From IMG/VR virus record IMGVR_UViG_3300024229_000651: DNA of 64,000 bases; one strand, given 5' to 3'. The stretch is from a virus. Its lineage: Duplodnaviria; Caudoviricetes. Positions 54,922-63,912 of the stretch are shown here, in pieces (within the stretch, counting starts at the first letter, position 1; each line of letters opens with the position of its first letter). The notes beneath the pieces were generated by a model, which was not told where the DNA came from, ran no database searches, and saw nothing but the letters and a program-made list of their open reading frames with translations. Made by a program: the position numbers and the translations under genes.

Positions 54922-55901
54922 GTTTTCCTTTTAGATTTTGCAGATTGCCATTTGATCTCATCTCTGATAATATCTTCAATAGACATAGCAGGACTCCATC
55001 CTAATACTTTAGCGGCTTTGCTATTATCTGCAAAAGTACCTACCATATCACCCGGTCGCCTAGGCGTAATAGATGTATCAATCTCTGTGTCTAGTTCTTT
55101 TGCAACCAGATCAACAAGTTGTTTTGTGCTGACAGGATTGCTACTACCAATGTTTAATGTAGTTGAATCGCCACCGTCACTCAAGTAGTTAACAGCGGAT
55201 TGGAACGCTCTTGCAACGTCACTCACGTGGGTATAGTCACGAATGTTTGTTCCGTCTACAGTGTCGTAGTCGTCGCCGTTAATCTCAAACCCTTCGTTCT
55301 CCATAGCTTTTCGTGTAAGTATGGGAAGAACATGAACAAGCGGATCTTTTTGATAACCGTATCGGCCATTAGCACTGCCTGCAACATTAAACAGTCTCAA
55401 GTTAACAAAGTTAAAATCGTTTGCCGTTGCATAGTCTTGGATAATTTGCTCACAGATCATTTTTGATCTGCCATATGGATTGATTGGACTTAGGCTATCG
55501 TCTTCTTTGAACATACCATTGTCTTGTTGGCTTGTACCGTATACACTACTACTTGATGCAAATATAAAGTTCTTTACACCAGCGTCAGCGCAGTTATTAA
55601 GCAAGTTGATTGTTTGATAGACATTTTGTGTGTACGTGGTCGCCGGGTCCTTCATACTAGCTGGTACACTGTTATTTGCCGCTATATGAATAACTACATC
55701 AGGTTTAAGTAACTTTAATATACCGTTAACTTGTTTGTTATCAACCTCAAACGGGTATTGGGTTACACCTTCTAATGTGCGTTTGCTTTTATCAATGTTA
55801 ACAACATTGTATCCGCTGTCTGATAACAATCGACAAACGTTACTTCCAATAAAGCCGCTGCCTCCCGTTACAACCACAGATTTTTCTGTTATGTTATTCA
55901 C
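54918..55901 (-). CDS. galE: UDP-glucose 4-epimerase-like extended SDR
   Basis: VTGGSGFIG, FASSSSVYG, YGRSK, RLFNVAG, RDYTHV. GTG start; the ORF track starts at 55940. Confidence 0.9.
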   Translation of the reverse strand: MNNITEKSVVVTGGSGFIGSNVCRLLSDSGYNVVNIDKSKRTLEGVTQYPFEVDNKQVNGILKLLKPDVVIHIAANNSVPASMKDPATTYTQNVYQTINLLNNCADAGVKNFIFASSSSVYGTSQQDNGMFKEDDSLSPINPYGRSKMICEQIIQDYATANDFNFVNLRLFNVAGSANGRYGYQKDPLVHVLPILTRKAMENEGFEINGDDYDTVDGTNIRDYTHVSDVARAFQSAVNYLSDGGDSTTLNIGSSNPVSTKQLVDLVAKELDTEIDTSITPRRPGDMVGTFADNSKAAKVLGWSPAMSIEDIIRDEIKWQSAKSKRKT

Positions 55902-56952
55902 TTGTGTGTCCTCTAATAATTGTGTACAGTTTCTCACCACTGAAAAACTCTTTTCTTAAATTGCTTTCCAAATCTTGTATTCGATTATCTCGTTCGTAAC
56001 TAGGAGTAAGAACTGCTTGTATGTATTCAACTATCTTATCCTTGTGGTTCAAATAGCTGTCCCAATCCTCTGTCCATGCACTTGGATATTTAAAGTAGTC
56101 ATCGTACATCTCTGTATAACTAAGTCTGTCTGGAACAATAGGTTGAGCACCTACAATGGCTCCTTCGTAACAACTGATGCCTAATGTTTCTTGTGTGTTA
56201 GCACTGAACACTGCTTTGGCTTTACCAAGTAGATCATGATACTCGTCTTTGGTTAGCGTTTGTTCCTGACAAACAATAAAGTCTGTGTCTGGAAAGCTGT
56301 TAGCTAAGTCTTTGAAAATATCAACTTGTTTTTCAGGTGCGACCCGATGAGGGAATAGTACAATATCTTCTTTGTCGGCAGAAGTATGTGTGTCTAATAA
56401 TCCCTTCATGTACTCCATTGGCCAACCCACTTTGTGAATTTTATTTAAATCCACATCTGGGAATGCCTCTAAAAATAATTCTATATGAAAGTCGGTAGCA
56501 TAAAAATTATCATCGAAGGCATTGAACATTGCAAGTTCTGTGTGTCTGCACCATGGAGCGTTACCTATCAGCCTTCCTAAAAAGTCTGCTGGGTCATAAC
56601 TACCGGCATGCCACATGCCTCCGATTTTAATTTTTACATCAAGTAATTCAGCCATATACTTTAATTGAAGAACTGTAGGGTTCCAAGCATCAGTGTATAA
56701 GAAGTAGTCTCCGTCTTGTACAGTACCGTCTGCAAACATCTGGCTAATTGTTTTCAGTTGCTCGCTTTTCCAGTAATTAGTTCCACTGAAGTTTAAAAAT
56801 GCTCCCGGAGTTGTGTCTTGAGGAGCATCAGCTGGTCCCTCTATAACATGTACCTCTAGCCCAGCATCACGCATTTGCTGAGGCAAATGCTTTTTCCACT
56901 GCGCAGTGTATCTTGTTTCTACAGGTTCTATTTCAACTAAGTATACTTTCAT
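55894..56952 (-). CDS. GT-B (GT4-like) glycosyltransferase
   Basis: FPHRVAPEKQ, QETLGISCYEG (E-x7-E), PIVPDRLSYTE. Confidence 0.8.
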   Translation of the reverse strand: MKVYLVEIEPVETRYTAQWKKHLPQQMRDAGLEVHVIEGPADAPQDTTPGAFLNFSGTNYWKSEQLKTISQMFADGTVQDGDYFLYTDAWNPTVLQLKYMAELLDVKIKIGGMWHAGSYDPADFLGRLIGNAPWCRHTELAMFNAFDDNFYATDFHIELFLEAFPDVDLNKIHKVGWPMEYMKGLLDTHTSADKEDIVLFPHRVAPEKQVDIFKDLANSFPDTDFIVCQEQTLTKDEYHDLLGKAKAVFSANTQETLGISCYEGAIVGAQPIVPDRLSYTEMYDDYFKYPSAWTEDWDSYLNHKDKIVEYIQAVLTPSYERDNRIQDLESNLRKEFFSGEKLYTIIRGHTSE

Positions 56953-56954
56953 AA

Positions 56955-57137
56955 TTACATGCTGTTCTTTTTATCTTGAATTTCTGCACGTCTAGTCTTA
57001 GCTAGTTTACCTAAATCGCCTAATGCTTTACGAGCACGAGCTGATGCAGCTTTCACACCCTTTGATTCGAATTTTTCACTCTCCTCTAAGTATGTTTCCA
57101 TTGCCGCTTTGATTTGTAAATGTGTTTCTGAACTCAT
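56955..57137 (-). CDS. Histone H1-like (Hc1-type) small basic DNA-binding protein
   Basis: KGVKAASARARKALGDLGKLAKTRR resembles the Hc1-family KGNKAAGxRARK motif. Confidence 0.7.
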   Translation of the reverse strand: MSSETHLQIKAAMETYLEESEKFESKGVKAASARARKALGDLGKLAKTRRAEIQDKKNSM

Positions 57138-57153
57138 AGTTCTCTCCTTAGTG

Positions 57154-58188
57154 TTATTCCGTATTTGATACGGATTCGATTATGGCACCATAATTTTTTT
57201 GATATTCCATTAGGGTGTCGTAATTATGTTGTAATATTTCTGCAGTTTCTAGTGAATACATATCGATATGCATTTGTTTAATGGACAGTCCTTTTAGCTG
57301 TTCCAGCACATGATTCATTCTCTTGTCGTCATCGAGCGAATCGTATCTTTCGTCAAATATGTGTGGGAAGGTTTTAAATCCCATTTTGCGTAACTCTTTC
57401 AATGAATTTTTATTACCGATAAGTAAGAAAGGTCTCTTATTATATATGCTTCGGAATATCTTCTCACTGAAAAATACTGGTTCCCAATGCGCTAATTGTG
57501 CACAATGAAACTGATCATGGAAATAAAATGTTTCAGGGACCAAGTCGAAGTAAGTTCTATCGTAAATATCAAAAAACTCTTTCCCTGGATCTTGAAAGGT
57601 TCTGCGCTCCATTACAGTTTTGTGTCCCTCAGCAGACTTTGGAACTTTGTCGTGAAACCATGGATGTAACTCTTCCTTAAAGTCGTTTATCCATGTCCAT
57701 TCGCAACTGTCAATGAGATTATTTTCGTAGATATAATTCATTGCTTCGATACGATGGTCTCTTGGCTCTCCGCACAAGTATGTGAATAACTTTTCTCTGT
57801 GGGTATTGTTTCGTAATACCTCATATTGTGCATGGTAATCAGTTGTGTTTGTGACAAGTACGGATGCCCAAATTGGATAGTATGCTACAGTTAGTCTACT
57901 ACTTGGGTTGTTTTCTTTGCACCACATATCGTATAGATCTTGGACATTAACATTACCCCACCATAGTGTTACTAAACTGGGGTCAACGGATGCAATACTG
58001 CACTGCTCGTATATAACAGTAAACAAGTCCATGCCACGAGAAGTGTGAGTAGATTGCCTATCCGGATCTATAAAAAGCCCGCCCTCAGTGATTAAGTCCA
58101 TTGAGATAGTCTCGCCAGCTGGCATCAGGGCTAACTCTTCGTGCAAAGTTTCGCCTGGGTAACCTGAATACAGCTGGATATGATTCAT
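57154..58188 (-). CDS. Third member of the TET-TEK-PF-GFxTF family
   Basis: LVPETF...FSEKIFRSIYNKRPFLLIG...GFKTFPHIFDERYD. Confidence 0.65.
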   Translation of the reverse strand: MNHIQLYSGYPGETLHEELALMPAGETISMDLITEGGLFIDPDRQSTHTSRGMDLFTVIYEQCSIASVDPSLVTLWWGNVNVQDLYDMWCKENNPSSRLTVAYYPIWASVLVTNTTDYHAQYEVLRNNTHREKLFTYLCGEPRDHRIEAMNYIYENNLIDSCEWTWINDFKEELHPWFHDKVPKSAEGHKTVMERRTFQDPGKEFFDIYDRTYFDLVPETFYFHDQFHCAQLAHWEPVFFSEKIFRSIYNKRPFLLIGNKNSLKELRKMGFKTFPHIFDERYDSLDDDKRMNHVLEQLKGLSIKQMHIDMYSLETAEILQHNYDTLMEYQKNYGAIIESVSNTE

Positions 58189-58556
58189 TCCTGATACTCT
58201 ATTTCACAACCATTTTCGTTGTCTTCTGCAACAGATATCTTTAGCCAGCGGTCTGGGTACTTGGCTTGTACATGCTCCGCTAAATCATCTGCGATCATTT
58301 CACAGCTCTTGTAATCCAACTGCAATGTGTCTTGTGTGTACAGTCTTTCCATCCAGCGTTTAAACTGAATAAACTCCACGTCTCTGTCATTGTGGAACAC
58401 TTCAAGCCAAACTTTAAAATGGAATATATGTCGGTGGGGATATCCTAAAAAAGATACGTCATCCCAATCGCCTGTTGCTAGATTGGGATCAGTATCAGCG
58501 CCTGGATACTTGTGTACACCTTCCTTTTGAAACGTTACCCAAATACTTCTCATCAA
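58185..58556 (-). CDS. T-fold QueD paralog, DpdL-like
   Basis: HKYP...LGYPHRHIFHF; lacks the QueD CxxxHGH motif; SCEMIA...EDNENG; inside the deazaguanine cluster. Confidence 0.65.
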   Translation of the reverse strand: MMRSIWVTFQKEGVHKYPGADTDPNLATGDWDDVSFLGYPHRHIFHFKVWLEVFHNDRDVEFIQFKRWMERLYTQDTLQLDYKSCEMIADDLAEHVQAKYPDRWLKISVAEDNENGCEIEYQE

Positions 58557-58626
58557 TCGTCCTCAGTTTTTATTACTATCCAAACTACTAGTATACTAAA
58601 CAATATTCCTGCAAATGCATATTCCA

Positions 58627-59103
58627 TTACGCATCACTACCAAACGTATCGATATACTCTGCTAGGTCTTTGATGTCATCCTCTGACAACATACCTGCTT
58701 GCCCCCACATAAGTGCACTCTGTGCCCCTACTGTTTCTCCTGCTTTGTAACTACGTAAACGATCTACGATATATTCCACAGTCTGTCCTGCAAGCATGGG
58801 ACCAACTCCGCCTTGCCCACGTGCTCCGTGACAAGCACCACAAGAAGCATATTTTGCTTGCCCGGGCATAACATCAGCAGATGCTAATTGCACTCCGGCG
58901 CTTACAACATAGGCACTTGCTGACCCAGTAAAGTTTGCAGGTTCAGCAGATACGTGAACTACACCGAAGCCTTTGATTCTTTCTTCGATGCCTGCTAGTT
59001 GTTCTTTTGTAGTATCAGTACGTTTTGCTGCGAACACAGCTTGCTCGCCACAGCCGCCAATGAACAGTGTTGCTGCTAAGATTGTTGTTGTTAATAGTTT
59101 CAT
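58627..59103 (-). CDS. Monoheme cytochrome c (c553/c4-like) with lipoprotein-like signal
   Basis: MKLLTT...LFIGGC lipobox-like; CGACHG (CxxCH); GPMLAGQ; ALM axial Met. Confidence 0.85.
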   Translation of the reverse strand: MKLLTTTILAATLFIGGCGEQAVFAAKRTDTTKEQLAGIEERIKGFGVVHVSAEPANFTGSASAYVVSAGVQLASADVMPGQAKYASCGACHGARGQGGVGPMLAGQTVEYIVDRLRSYKAGETVGAQSALMWGQAGMLSEDDIKDLAEYIDTFGSDA

Positions 59104-59333
59104 GTGTTATCTCCGTCAAAATATTTAACATCACTTTTATTAAAAGGTTTATTATCGTCGCCTTTGACCAAAGAAACTAGTCGGGCGATCTCGTCTTTAA
59201 CCTTGAGTTTGGTTTTCTTAAGAAAGTTTACTCGCATATCACCTTCATAGTTTTCACTTGCAAGCTCAATTTGACTATCAAGTCTTTTGTGTTTTGTTTT
59301 AAGAACTTCAATTCTATCTTTCATTGTAGTCAT
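59100..59333 (-). CDS. DUF465/YdcH-like coiled-coil protein
   Basis: RIEVLKTKHKRLDSQI...LKKTKLKVKDEIARL. Confidence 0.7.
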   Translation of the reverse strand: MTTMKDRIEVLKTKHKRLDSQIELASENYEGDMRVNFLKKTKLKVKDEIARLVSLVKGDDNKPFNKSDVKYFDGDNT

Positions 59334-59511
59334 CTTCTTCTCCTCCTAAGCACTTTCTGTCTTCAGGTTCAATTGGATTATCGTAATAATCGTGCGTTCC
59401 TGCTCTGTACCTTGCTTTCTTTTCGCTGACTAGAACACAACTCATATATGCCATCCATCCCATGCCCGCAAGAAAAATCAAACTGAATATAGTTTGTATT
59501 ACTTCAATCAT
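59314..59511 (-). CDS. Small single-TM protein
   Basis: Hydrophobic N-terminus; overlaps neighbours. Confidence 0.55.
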   Translation of the reverse strand: MIEVIQTIFSLIFLAGMGWMAYMSCVLVSEKKARYRAGTHDYYDNPIEPEDRKCLGGEEDDYNER

Positions 59512-59629
59512 CGGATAGCTCTGCCGTTGTGTTATAAAGACCTTTCATACTTTCGATAACTGCAATAATCTCTTCGACTTCGTCAGCATCATCTTTAGTA
59601 TCAATTTCTATTTCAATTTTAATTTTCAT
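59504..59629 (-). CDS. 41-aa hypothetical protein (below ORF-track cutoff)
   Basis: Hand translation MKIKIEIEIDTKDDADEVEEII...; directly follows promoter P8. Confidence 0.55.
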   Translation of the reverse strand: MKIKIEIEIDTKDDADEVEEIIAVIESMKGLYNTTAELSDD

Positions 59630-59635
59630 AATAAT

Positions 59636-59664
59636 ATTATACTGTATATAGGATCAATAGTCAA
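59636..59664 (-). promoter_or_regulatory. Sigma70 promoter P8
   Basis: TTGACT-N17-TATAAT. Confidence 0.75.
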
Positions 59665-60100
59665 CCATTTTATTTGGCGTATCACCCCTTTGCTCCCTCA
59701 AATTCACCTTTTCCAAACTAAGTTTATCCTTCAAACTCAATACATATGCACTCGCAGCAAGTATAGCAATACCTGTTGTTTCATAAAGTATAAATTCAGG
59801 CTCAGTTCCTTTAGTTGTTAATACAATCATTCTAGTCAGTGCTGTGATTGCAATAATGATAGGTAGTGTGACTGGTATTCTATGATCTTTATAAAATGCA
59901 CCAACCATACCTAATATTTCTGCGTAAATAAACAATAGGAATAAGTCGGCCAATGCCATCTTTCCGCTTGTTGTGAACATATGCAAAATATCAAACCCAG
60001 CTGCCCATACTGTACCTGCTACAATAAACAATAGCAATGCTTTTTCCATATGCATAATAATTCTATGGACAGAGTTCTTATATTTTCTACTGAATGACAT
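59654..60100 (-). CDS. psiE: Phosphate-starvation-inducible PsiE family membrane protein
   Basis: LADLFLLFIYAEILGMV..FYK.HRIPVTLPIIIAITALTR. Confidence 0.85.
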   Translation of the reverse strand: MSFSRKYKNSVHRIIMHMEKALLLFIVAGTVWAAGFDILHMFTTSGKMALADLFLLFIYAEILGMVGAFYKDHRIPVTLPIIIAITALTRMIVLTTKGTEPEFILYETTGIAILAASAYVLSLKDKLSLEKVNLREQRGDTPNKMVDY

Positions 60101-60630
60101 TACTCTATTACCTCGTCGCCCACATATTCAGTCCAATCGGTGTACTTGGATCTGTCTTTGAGGTCGTGTAAACTGTGGCACCAAACACCTGTGTTTGTTC
60201 CTTTGAATGATTTATCATCTAGTTTGAGTGTTGTATTGTAGTTAAACAATTTGATATTCGGAAGTCGAACAGCAATCATAGGGATAAATTTATTGTAGTC
60301 AGTCCAGCCGTTATCGTGAAACCATTCGTGATTAGCATAGGAGCTGTCGAAATCAAGTGTGACCCATACATCAGCGTCTAACAGTTGCGTAATAATGTAA
60401 TCCCATTCTGCCCACGAGTTCGAATCATCTTGTGGCTGAAATGAGTCAGCACATCCTAAGTACACATGATCAATTTTGTTGTTTAGACATCTTGCTAAAA
60501 TCTCCTTAACATTTTGTCTACCAATAACAAACAACGTTTTTTTGCCATACAGAGGAGTATGCTCAACTTCAGTACCAATAAAGAACTTTGGATCGTCTCC
60601 AAAGTTGGTCCTACCTTCTACTGTTGCCAT
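60100..60630 (-). CDS. Hypothetical protein coupled to the TGT-like operon
   Basis: FIGTEVEHTP.YGKKTLFV, TGVWCH; overlaps both neighbours. Confidence 0.65.
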   Translation of the reverse strand: MATVEGRTNFGDDPKFFIGTEVEHTPLYGKKTLFVIGRQNVKEILARCLNNKIDHVYLGCADSFQPQDDSNSWAEWDYIITQLLDADVWVTLDFDSSYANHEWFHDNGWTDYNKFIPMIAVRLPNIKLFNYNTTLKLDDKSFKGTNTGVWCHSLHDLKDRSKYTDWTEYVGDEVIE

Positions 60631-61508
60631 GTTAAATATGTCCTGTTCTTGTCTATGCTTGTTGTTCTGTTGTTAAATGCAGTACCGGCTTCTGTAGTAG
60701 GATACTCGGCGCCCCACATATCGTCAACGTTAATGATATTCTTTTGTACTAATAAGTTTGCCTTAACCATACTGTTATAAAACGTTTTTGTTCTCGGACT
60801 AGGAAAATCCGTTCTAATCGATTTCCATAGAAACGGAGCAAAGTCTACATCACCGTGCTTCTCTGCACACATTAAATAGTGACCATTGTTATTAAGTATG
60901 TCGGCAGTAAAATACTTTATATGACTCGACAAGTCGACAACTACATCATACTGATCAGATAGATTATGTTCTCGCCTAGCACCTTTATCATCCCACCAGT
61001 CAGAGTATGCTTTACCTGTTACTGTAACATTACGTAATCTGCTTTTGTTATTGTACTCTAACACTTCATATATTACTCTTGCTAAGAAGCCTGTGCCTAT
61101 CATTAGCAATGACCTATTACCTAATTTACCAATTATGTCTGCAATGTTTACAGCACATGCCACAGGCTCTAGTATATATTTAGGCATTGCCGCTGGAACA
61201 ACAACAAATTCTCCGTCTCTAACATTATAGTAGTCTGCAAATGCAGGCTCTCCTCTAGTGGCTACAATGTCGCCTACCTTTGCAGTACTTACATTTTTGC
61301 CAACAGACATAACTTCGCCTAGCCCTTCATGCCCGTGCATGTTATCAGGCAACATGTTCATGTCACCATTAAACATGGCTACGTCACTACTGCATATACC
61401 TGTGTATATAGACTTAACTACTATTTGGTCTTCGGTGTGTTCAGGTTTATCCCACTCGATATGAGATATTGTCTTATCGCTGTTCACTTTAATTAAATTA
61501 CATTTCAT
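60618..61508 (-). CDS. Medium-chain (Zn-ADH/GroES-like) dehydrogenase
   Basis: TGICSSD, GHEGLGEV, LEPVACA, GTGFL. Confidence 0.8.
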   Translation of the reverse strand: MKCNLIKVNSDKTISHIEWDKPEHTEDQIVVKSIYTGICSSDVAMFNGDMNMLPDNMHGHEGLGEVMSVGKNVSTAKVGDIVATRGEPAFADYYNVRDGEFVVVPAAMPKYILEPVACAVNIADIIGKLGNRSLLMIGTGFLARVIYEVLEYNNKSRLRNVTVTGKAYSDWWDDKGARREHNLSDQYDVVVDLSSHIKYFTADILNNNGHYLMCAEKHGDVDFAPFLWKSIRTDFPSPRTKTFYNSMVKANLLVQKNIINVDDMWGAEYPTTEAGTAFNNRTTSIDKNRTYLTWQQ

Positions 61509-62379
61509 TTTCGTGGTACCTTTCTAGCTGACTATGTATCCATAGATCCATATCAATGTGGTCTTGGTAACTATCTTTCTCTGAACGTGCTATCATTCTT
61601 CCGTATGCGTCATTAGGGCATAACCCAAACCGCCATTCGTATGTGCTGTCTTCTGTGTATACTTTTACACTCTGATCATCAATGCCAGTCTTCCATCCTG
61701 CTTTTATTGTAACAGGCACATTGTTCCAAGTCCAATGCTCTTCGGCATAGTCACACACATCATATACACCTTCTGCATTTACATTACCGTAGTTTGTTGA
61801 TAATAATTCTTCTAGTTCCCACTGTCTTGTTTTAGTATGGCTCACAAAAGACATCTCTGTTAACGGAACAATTTTACTTAGGTTACAATATAAGTGTGGG
61901 AACAAATCTAAAGCCACTCCACCCCATGCAAGTTTTTTATTTGTGAACCAACTACCCGGACTAGGAACACGATTTGCATTCAACCATGATACTTCAATCT
62001 TGGTTGGTCTTATACTCTTATTCAACAGATCGTCTAGTGCGCCGTATGATGTTCGATATAGATTATTTTTACACATGATGTACTTTGTATCAGTGTATCT
62101 ATTCTGCAGGCGTGTTAATGCTTCCACACTGGGTAAACCAGGCTTTTCAATAAACACAGTTTTGCAATACATACCAACTTTTTCGGCAATAGGAAGGTGT
62201 GTAAAATTAGGCGTACAAATAACAGCAACATCAAATTCTCCACGAACATCGTCGACGTTGTTATAATTTGCTGTAACAACTTGCTGATCCACAGTTGTGA
62301 CTGTGTACCCTAACTGAGTTAACTCAGGTAAGTAAACGTTAGACCCTATACCCCCTAGACCAACAAGTAATGCTCTCAT
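61498..62379 (-). CDS. Gfo/Idh/MocA family oxidoreductase
   Basis: LVGLGGIG, ICTPNFTH, IEKPG, GGVALDLFPH. Confidence 0.85.
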   Translation of the reverse strand: MRALLVGLGGIGSNVYLPELTQLGYTVTTVDQQVVTANYNNVDDVRGEFDVAVICTPNFTHLPIAEKVGMYCKTVFIEKPGLPSVEALTRLQNRYTDTKYIMCKNNLYRTSYGALDDLLNKSIRPTKIEVSWLNANRVPSPGSWFTNKKLAWGGVALDLFPHLYCNLSKIVPLTEMSFVSHTKTRQWELEELLSTNYGNVNAEGVYDVCDYAEEHWTWNNVPVTIKAGWKTGIDDQSVKVYTEDSTYEWRFGLCPNDAYGRMIARSEKDSYQDHIDMDLWIHSQLERYHENEM

Positions 62380-63911
62380 AGTTCTCCTACTAGCTCTCCG
62401 AGTGCCTCTTCTTGAATAGCATCAAACTCTCCTTCGACTTGTTGCTCTACTTCCTCATCGAAGAACATACTAGCAGCACTAGTCTTAAATGCAGTATCAT
62501 GATCTTTGTGTTTGTTATTGCTAACGTCATTTAGGAATTCATGCGCATCATCTAACAATTGGTGAGGATTGTCGCTTTGGAATAACTCTTCAACAAACGT
62601 GTTAAACATCAGTAAGTTTCTAGGAGTGTATAAACTCTCTTGATTGAGTTTCTTACCCTTCTTCTGCCAGCTTCTCCAATCCAACTTGTAGTTTTCAAAC
62701 TCAATAGTTGCTAGACTATTTGCTTCCTGTACTGCTCTAATATGCATGTAAACATTGTGTGCCATCAGCATACCATACGTAAAACTATCCCAAGAAGTTT
62801 TACCTTCTTTGTTGATCTTGTTTAACATACCGGGAGCATACCAATTAACATCACCAGTTACAAGCCTACTACCAATCTCACTCTCCCACGGGAAAGGATT
62901 AGCAGACAAGTTACCAGGACTAAAGTGTGAGTTCGCTTTATTGTCGAAGCACTTCTCCATTATGTAACTCATTTGTTCACTGGTAATTTTATTACGTGTG
63001 TATACTAATCCATTAGCACTACTGATATATGGACTAGCACAATCAAAACTAACTGTGATGTTTGGATTAACATGCTCTCTGAGTTGTCGTTGCACACTTG
63101 TAAGCATAACTGCCCACTCTAGTTTACTTGTACCCAAGAAGTGAATCCAATCTCGATCCTGTAGTTTTTCATCATCACGTAAAGTAATGATACGTTTCAG
63201 TGCCATGTGCATGTCACGGATATTATTACCACCCATGCCCCAGCCTTCTGTGTCGTAGTCCTTAACTTTTTGATACCATTCTTCTGCATCTTCCCAATAG
63301 GTTCCTTGCAGTACATTCAAGAACTTTGTCTTGCCTTGTCTATGATCCATAAACCAATCTAAGTTGTATGCAGTACACTTCAAGCACTCATCAAAGTTCT
63401 GTAGTCCAGTCTTCTCTCTAAAGCCCGGCTTACATGCCCAGCTAGGAACATCAAACGTCATACTCCAGTCTGCTGTGTGTTCTAGCCAGTTAAGGATCTT
63501 GCCCCTAACTTTGTCAGCATCGCCTTTGTATCCAACATCGCCAGGCTTCTCAAAGAAGTTTTCCCAGTCAAACTTAATAACACCTTTACCAATCTGGAAA
63601 CCACCTGAATCCCCTACGATAGTTGTGTTAGCTCTGTCTCTATGTTGTATGATGTGTTCCATTACCTTACTCTTCTCTATGTCCAAGTAAGCATGTCCAG
63701 CACTATACAACCCTTTGTTATAGTAGTAGTAACCCTTCTCTTTGTCCAAGAAGTTCATGCCCTCAAAGCCATGTTCGAAGCCTTTGGGTACTCGACCGTC
63801 CGGAATATATCCATCCACACTGTTGCATCTGCCTAGTAGCTCTGTCATAAAGCCACTAATAGCTGGGAGGAAAGTTGCGTAATCGCTATGCTTGGAGGAT
63901 AGATCTCTCAT
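62376..63911 (-). CDS. TGT-fold transglycosylase, DpdA-like
   Basis: GDSGGFQIGKG (TGT catalytic Asp motif), MTFDVP, LNVLQG, HFLG, HN near the C-terminus. Confidence 0.7.
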   Translation of the reverse strand: MRDLSSKHSDYATFLPAISGFMTELLGRCNSVDGYIPDGRVPKGFEHGFEGMNFLDKEKGYYYYNKGLYSAGHAYLDIEKSKVMEHIIQHRDRANTTIVGDSGGFQIGKGVIKFDWENFFEKPGDVGYKGDADKVRGKILNWLEHTADWSMTFDVPSWACKPGFREKTGLQNFDECLKCTAYNLDWFMDHRQGKTKFLNVLQGTYWEDAEEWYQKVKDYDTEGWGMGGNNIRDMHMALKRIITLRDDEKLQDRDWIHFLGTSKLEWAVMLTSVQRQLREHVNPNITVSFDCASPYISSANGLVYTRNKITSEQMSYIMEKCFDNKANSHFSPGNLSANPFPWESEIGSRLVTGDVNWYAPGMLNKINKEGKTSWDSFTYGMLMAHNVYMHIRAVQEANSLATIEFENYKLDWRSWQKKGKKLNQESLYTPRNLLMFNTFVEELFQSDNPHQLLDDAHEFLNDVSNNKHKDHDTAFKTSAASMFFDEEVEQQVEGEFDAIQEEALGELVGEL

Positions 63912-63912
63912 C

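Noticed and set aside
58185-58556. Canonical queD
   Set aside because: It lacks the CxxxHGH active-site motif, so it is kept as a DpdL-like paralog without a gene symbol.
1726-63836. Numerous 60-135 aa ORFs in the track lying antisense to or inside long genes (e.g. 22200..22538, 39758..40018, 49941..50351, 63364..63690)
   Set aside because: They are shadow frames of well-supported genes, with no motifs or ribosome-binding sites.
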